The position numbers were made by a program, and so were the translations under genes. Below the pieces are notes generated by a model. The model saw nothing but the letters and a program-made list of their open reading frames with translations. It was not told where the DNA came from and ran no database searches. A stretch of DNA of 63,686 nucleotides, counting the filler, from Octopus bimaculoides (Eukaryota), in NCBI RefSeq assembly GCF_001194135.2. It is 6 parts of 6 records of this genome, joined end to end, with 100 filler letters (N's around TTAATTAATTAA, not from the genome) between each part and the next. Parts side by side here need not be neighbours in the genome. Positions count along the whole stretch, not along the records: positions 58,828 to 62,345 come from NW_026330259.1; positions 62,446 to 63,686 come from NW_026364550.1; 4 more parts are not named here. One strand, written 5' to 3'. Positions 62,135 through 63,686 of this stretch are shown in pieces (position 1 is the stretch's first letter; the number at the start of each line of letters is the position of its first letter).

Positions 62135-62345
62135 GTTTTTACTATTTTACTCGTTTCAGCCATGCAGCTGTGGTCATGCTGGAGCACCACCATGGTCTTT
62201 CTGGCAGAATCCTTGGCACACCGGATAAAATGCTCCATATATACGTTTTGTCCATATATTTGTTTTGACTTCAAATTTCGCCGAGGTTGACTTTGTATTT
62301 ACGGGGACGTAAACACACCAGCATCGGTTGTCAAGCGATGGTGGG
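62135..62345. mobile_element. Bipartite SINE 3' half (-) interrupted by a Meta-like SINE head (+)
   Basis: ..GGAGCACCACC | CTGGCAGAATCC..TTCAAATTTCGCCGAGGTTGACTTTG | TTACGGGGACGTAAACACACC.. Confidence 0.75.
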
Positions 62346-62445
62346 NNNNNNNNNNNNNNNNNNNNNNNNNNNNNNNNNNNNNNNNNNNNTTAATTAATTA
62401 ANNNNNNNNNNNNNNNNNNNNNNNNNNNNNNNNNNNNNNNNNNNN
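62346..62445. other. Assembly join spacer
   Basis: 44 N + TTAATTAATTAA + 44 N. Confidence 0.95.
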
Positions 62446-62459
62446 GGAATTGAGAATGT

Positions 62460-62705
62460 AAAGACTATGACCCACGTCTAAGGACTGATGCACATGCATC
62501 AAATATGATCTACACATGAAGCTTGTGATTCACATCTGAAGGCTGCAATCCAGATTGGAAGAATGTGATCCATCATGTCAGAAGAATGTGTTCCACACCT
62601 GAAGAATGTGGTCCACACCTGAAAAATGTGATCCACATTTGAATAATGTGATACTGACCAAAATAATGTGATCTGTGTTGAAAGGTTGTAATCCAAATCT
62701 AAAGC
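62460..62705. repeat. Degenerate 20-bp minisatellite (~12 units, consensus near GAAGAATGTGATCCACACCT)
   Basis: Exact 20-nt phasing at 62581, 62601, 62621, 62641, 62661 and 62681, with more diverged units upstream. Confidence 0.8.
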
Positions 62706-63686
62706 TGAGTATAATACAGAGAGACAGTCTGTAACTTACAAGGGGAAGGTGGAGCACTTGTAAATAAAAAAGAAAGACACATACTATCACAATAAAATAA
62801 GGTGGATATGTAATGAAAGATAGTAACTTCAGAATATTCAGAGAAGTAATTAAAACGTATTTCAAACAATATTTGAAATGAAAACTTAAATATCATTTAC
62901 ATTTGAAGTAGACGAATGTGTTTAATGTTAAATTCCACATTGGCCCTGGTTGAGTAGACCTATGATTAAAGGTCTTGTCTTTGAAAACATCAGATCTACA
63001 TTATCCAATCAGCCTTTCGTTTTCCAAGACAACTGAATGTGATGACCAATAGATTTCACTGCCATTTTTAGCTGGTCAGTCAACCACAAAAATCCTGCCC
63101 TGTTCCCTCCTACATAAATATTAGGTGAAACACAGTTCATTCCTTCAGACTAAACGGAAACTAAATATATTCTAAAACTCGTTGGGTTGTCATGTAAATT
63201 GTAGAGGTTTTAACCTTAATCCTCTCCGACATTCTTAAAAGAGAGAAGACACATTGAGCAATGTAGCCCAGGGTATCCAATGTCTAAGATGATTAAACAT
63301 CATCATCATCATTGTTATTAAAGTCCGCCTTCTGTGCTAGCATGGGTCATACTGAAGCTCGGGTAAATTTAATAAAAGAAAGCCAAAATTTAATCTTTAA
63401 ACCATTGCTGTCACAATGAAAGCTGGAATATATCATAGATTCTCAATATGTGTTGCTAAACAAGCCTTTACACAGTTTCTCATTTTGCTATTCCTATAAA
63501 GAGACACCACCATCTAAAAAAAGAGACAAAGCATTCAATTCCAAAATAATGTGTGAAGACAAAAGAGAGAATTGCAAAGGATTCTGTGTCTTTGACCATA
63601 AATCTATGTCATTAGAACTTACTCACAGCCAAACAACAACAAAGAGAACATGAGAAAGGGTTATAATAACAAAAGAAACACTCATA

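Noticed and set aside
62460-62705. CRISPR-like array
   Set aside because: Contiguous degenerate units without unique spacers, eukaryotic context, no cas genes.

Overview
AT-rich, repeat-saturated animal genomic DNA from a gapped draft assembly. The SINE/LINE repertoire and the NNN-TTAATTAATTAA-NNN spacers suggest an octopus scaffold (inference). It contains no intact recognisable protein-coding gene, rRNA, functional tRNA or CRISPR array, and almost all long ORFs in the track are microsatellite or N-gap artefacts. What can be supported: a full-length decayed D,D34D mariner; an internally deleted D,D37D (maT) element; a Tigger/pogo transposase relic; many 5'-truncated non-LTR retrotransposons (restriction-like-endonuclease clade, RTE, CR1-like, L1/Tx1-like); several MITEs; four or more tRNA-headed SINE families; and abundant microsatellites. 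I could not establish a new biological system. Best leads: (1) a foldback element whose loop is a tRNA-like cloverleaf; (2) minimal type I hammerhead ribozyme motifs in (TA)n-embedded non-coding repeats; (3) repeated stacking of retroelements into the same microsatellite types at independent loci; (4) a ~20 kb CpG-depleted block suggesting a methylated hidden gene body; (5) an RFX X-box plus CCAAT site and a few unvalidated candidate exons.
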